Shown here one piece after another: positions 59,900 through 64,000 of a stretch of DNA of 64,000 bases (positions within the stretch are counted from its first letter, which is position 1; the number at the start of each line of letters is the position of its first letter). This stretch comes from Amoebophrya sp. A120 (lineage: Eukaryota; Protista; Dinoflagellata), in the NCBI GenBank assembly GCA_905178155.1, contig CAJINV010000013.1, positions 796,344 through 860,343 of the forward strand, written 5' to 3'. Below the pieces are notes generated by a model. It was given only the letters and a program-made list of their open reading frames with translations. It ran no database searches and was not told where the DNA came from. Position numbers and translations under genes: made by a program.

Positions 59900-61650
59900 C
59901 GACACAGAATGGACAACTAGACTACAGCTGCAATCGAGCATCTGGAGGTGACCGAGATAGCAACCAATCGATATTAGTACTGGCATTGCAATAAAAATAG
60001 TTCCGCTCCTGCGCATGGCATGTATTTACTTAAATTTTTTGTCAACAGAGGTAACAGATAACTTCATTGATGACAGTTTGATTGTCCACTCGGCCAACGA
60101 CAACGTCTCCAGAGCAAACTTTCTGCAGACTTTTGAGACTGCTTATTGTCCCTGTTGGATAAGTAGCGGAGTGAGCGTTGGAATATGCCAGACAAAGCCA
60201 AAAGCATTGCACTCGTAAACATAATTGCATGCCTTTGCGTTTGCCTGGCCGATTTAGCACCAGCACGATTAATCCAGTTCCAGCATAATATTGCAGATGA
60301 CGCCGACTGCGCGTGCTGGTTGACCAGTGTACTTACTTACTCTGGGATGCGCACCATATTGCTTGTTGTATCAGTACTACCGAGGATGAAGTAACCAAAC
60401 TCAGTTGATACAGTGCCTTGACATTTCAATAGGAAAAGCGCTCCCAAATAAAGTAATATTGCGTCGTTTGTCTTTGTTGCTCCTGCGAATATAATATGAA
60501 TGCAGTCTTGAAGGCTTTTGGTTTTGCGTTGCATAGCGAAGCAGAAGTTACAGAAGTCGCCCTACTTAAACGACTTATCCGCAGAGTACGAGATGCTGAC
60601 CGAGGAGCAAAAAATCAGAGATCGATAAGACTTGGTGAAAACGGTTCCCACTACCGTAAAACCAGAACATGAAATGGGAAAGGAAATAAATGACCATGCA
60701 TGGGCTTGAGCACTCTTCAATATATCAAGGAATGAATCTGGCGGCACTTTATCTACTTCTCATTGATTGATGTTGCTTCTGGATGCGAGAGGCGGGGCAG
60801 CTCCTGTCAAGGTCGGACTGTTGCAACAAGAGCGCAGCTGGATCGACAAGTCACATTCGAAGATGACAATGACAAATGGCATGCATATAATCCACAAACT
60901 TTTAGATACATCACATCTAACAAACTGCTTTTGATGCTGGTGATGTTTGTTATACCGATGAAAAATGTATAGATGCACACCCTGGATTGCAAAGAAACAC
61001 GGATTGCCCGCTCTTATCAGTGGAAAGGTAATTATTAGTATAGCTCTTTTGGGGCTGGGAGCAACAGTTTTCACCATGATAGCGGAATCGAGAAAAAGAA
61101 GCAGTATCTCATGAAGAAAAGGCAACAGGATGCAGAGACAGCGGTACTCTCTTATCAATCGTACGAATTTTGAAATCTTGTCATAGATTTCGATGTCCTC
61201 TCATCCAGTCTTGTTGCCGTACTTCAGTTTGTGGTTGAGTTAGTTTGGAAAAAACAAAAAGGAAGGAGAAAGAAATACTTATAGAAAAAACAACTCCCAG
61301 GTGATCCAGCGCATGCTCAACGATAAGGATGAGCTCGAGGCTATCCTGTGGAAAATTCTACGTGCCCGCCCCGCTTCCCGAGAAACATCAAAATGCGCGG
61401 TAAAAAACCGTCCCATAAGACGTATTTCTGACAGTCGTGATAAGCTGTGCTGTGAAGGTGGAATAACTTCTACTAGTAACTTTAAGGCACTATGAAAATG
61501 AACCCGAATAATCAACTGGCTGCCGTGCGCCTCTTGTAGTTGCGCTTGCAATCATGTTGGTAAATGGCATTCTGAAATACGCACCTTGTGCTCGTTTTTT
61601 GTCATGTACAAAAATTAAAAATAAACACGAAGACGAAAAGAATTCAGAGA
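59900..61650 (-). pseudogene. Heavily decayed Ty1/copia-like RT-RNase H remnant
   Basis: Frameshifted minus-strand peptides in copia order: QAQLQEAHGSQ (~KARLVARGxxQ), HFDVS, NPCFF (~DPCLF), LLRY, GYFILG..VHWS, GRVDNQTVI, QMLDC (~QLAD). Confidence 0.4.
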
Positions 61651-64000
61651 AACAACTTCTTAGTTTATTGGGGCTGCAGCACCTAGGTACATCGAGCATG
61701 GAATCTCAATCTTGTTGACCTCGGGGAGGCGTTTTTTTTTCCGCAGGATAGCTGACCTCCGAAAAGACTACCAAAGCAGAGAAATCTTGGGAGAAGTCAA
61801 TAAAGCAGTCATCCCAGGCTCTTTGGTCAAGCAAGTTGCTCGTCCTCTCGTAGCTAAGAGCAACTTGCTGGGAATAATTCATCCACCTCTTGTCAAACAA
61901 GCTGTGACTCGGGTCCATTGGATTTCACACCGACACGCAGGCGCATCAATGATCCGTCTCTGTTTCTTTCGAGCAGAAGGCAGACAGGCACAGGAATCTA
62001 GCAAAGGCGCGCTACTTTTTTTTCTCAGCATGGTCATGGAGTTAGGAATTGATGTTGGCTCCGTCCTCGGCCAAGAAGCTGTAGTACGTCTGTCATGACT
62101 TTGACTTGTCTCGAGATTTGTTTGGCTGGATAGGCAGAAGAGGTATCTCATACAACGGGAGAAGGAGCTGCAATCCGTCCGCGGTATCATGTGCGACAAA
62201 TTGATTATCCCATCTTCGTCATGAAGAAGATCTCCCTTTTTTTCATCTTCGTCAACATGATCTCGCTTTTTTATTTTTCTACTCCCCCGACCTCACCTGT
62301 AAAGGTCGTGGCGGTGGTCCAGCAAGAAGTCCAGGAGCTACCTGCAGTAAAAGTTTAAGGCTCCGAAGGCCGCGCTGCTGCAATGGATACTTATCTTGCA
62401 GGTTCCAGTGGGCATATAATAGATACTTTTATAACTAAACGAGGCGAACCAATCGTAGCTGTCGCACATGATACCTGATTTGGAAAAGACCAAGGCCAAG
62501 TGCGCCCGGGTGGACGCGGAGCGAAGACACGTGCTACTCGACAGGGAGCTTATGGGAATGCAACACGTCGAGTCAAGCTCAAGCTCAAGATCAAGAAGGT
62601 CATGCTGGAAGTGGTCTTGAATTGCAATAATTGGGATTAAAATGCATGACAAAGCTCCTGTGGAGAACTACAAGCCTAGCTTCTTGCTTAGTAAAGTAAA
62701 GTTGTTGACGTTCATCAGGGCGGAGGATCATGGACGTAGGAGGTCGTGGACGTCAAAGTCATTAGTTCCGCACTCATCTACTCCACCATACATGGGACGC
62801 GAAGCAGGCATCACACATGTTGAAATAAAATCTCCAGATATGAATAGAAATAGCGAAGAATCTGAATCCAAAACCAAATCCATAAATCTTCCGCATGACA
62901 CGACGTTTGTCCTGGATACAACACGCGCTGCTGCAGCAGCGGCTAAAGGAAAAGCCCGCGGGTCATTTCCACGCCAGCCTATCAATGTGACACTACATGG
63001 TCATCTCGTCGCTCTCCCTTGTCTGTAATCCCTCCCGTGTGTTAAGAAACTGTCGAAACTGAGGTGGAAAATGTTGACGGACGATTAAAAAGTGTGTACC
63101 TGTGATGTCGTCAACAGCGGCGTCATGGTTTTTGTTTTTGTGCGAAACCACACCGGGTTGCAAGGTTTTTGCCTTTGTTCTGGTGCTGGTCCCATATGTC
63201 CTGCTTTTGTCCTCGTGGAGAAAGAGAATGACGGACTGAAGATGTCGTCGAATGCATGATGCGTAGTACTTGTTAGCTCTGCAGCACCACACGCCAGGGT
63301 TGATAGAGTCTAAAAGTAAAAGGGACGAGCAGGAGAAGATGTTGTCACACGGCATAAAAGACTTCGACGAAGCAGGCCCTAATGGACTTGCAGGAAGGCT
63401 AATAGCTCCGGTGGCTGCGCACGGAGAAGGAGCAGGGGAGCACAAAGTGCAAGGCCGGACAAGGGCTGAAGAATGAGGCACCAGCGCAAGTTGCCCCCTG
63501 TAGTCTATTCTATGCAAGCTGTGTCGGGGTGAATAAACATTTTCATTCTCTTTTCTATATCTATTTTTTTGAGTCAGTTTAAGATCTAGTATCCCGGTGT
63601 TGACAAGGGTAGAAGTGTGACTACGCACAATTTCAAAAAGAATACTCCAAGAAAAACTTCAAGAGACTCGTGAACTCTATCACTATCGTGAAAGAACACC
63701 CTGGAAAAAATCTGCCTTGTTCTCCCGCCGCGCCCTTGTCCGCAGGCAAAAGGCCTGTAGCCTGTGGCGGTGCGCCGGTTATTTATCCATGAGATTACAA
63801 ATCCGCTGTTCTCTACTTTTTCCGACCCGCCGGCCGCGGGAGCGGAGCGCCCGCCCGTCGAATCTAGAGTCCAGATTGGTGGACCATGTTGTTGACAACG
63901 AGAACGACAACGACATCGAGAAGAGAGCGACTTATAAATCTCAGAGAGAGCCAGTTGGAGTTGGAAAAGGCAAAATAGTTGTACCCCATAAACTTGGTGC

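Noticed and set aside
62993-63628. 211-aa minus-strand ORF
   Set aside because: Non-ATG start, no recognisable motifs, opposite to the local gene orientation.

Overview
Eukaryotic genomic DNA, not prokaryotic. About ten intron-containing genes all lie on the + strand, and many encode long low-complexity proteins. The window is dominated by non-canonical introns: 17 elements with terminal inverted repeats 5'-TAT...ATA-3' (one right end eroded) flanked by 5-bp direct repeats. In 16 of the 17, removing the element plus 5 nt rejoins the flanking reading frames. This matches my recollection of the introner elements described in the parasitic dinoflagellate Amoebophrya (Syndiniales; TAT-type as in strain A120); the organism call is inference. 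Recognisable genes: an arrestin-fold protein, two tandem paralogous single-pass Cys-rich membrane proteins, a signal-peptide RING protein, a YHYH-domain protein, a TM+LRR protein, and an ORF with a permuted papain-like H...NCQ motif. Unusual observations: an 801-bp intron that is a single foldback hairpin; 1.4 and 2.6 kb GC-rich long-TIR introners; an 11-bp motif shared across introner families; a 1.75 kb retroposon-like insert with a (TAAAGA)n tail and a 55-bp target duplication starting exactly at an introner boundary; an intergenic AG...CT foldback element with a 6-bp TSD; and a decayed copia-like remnant. Exon coordinates were worked out by hand and lack transcript support.
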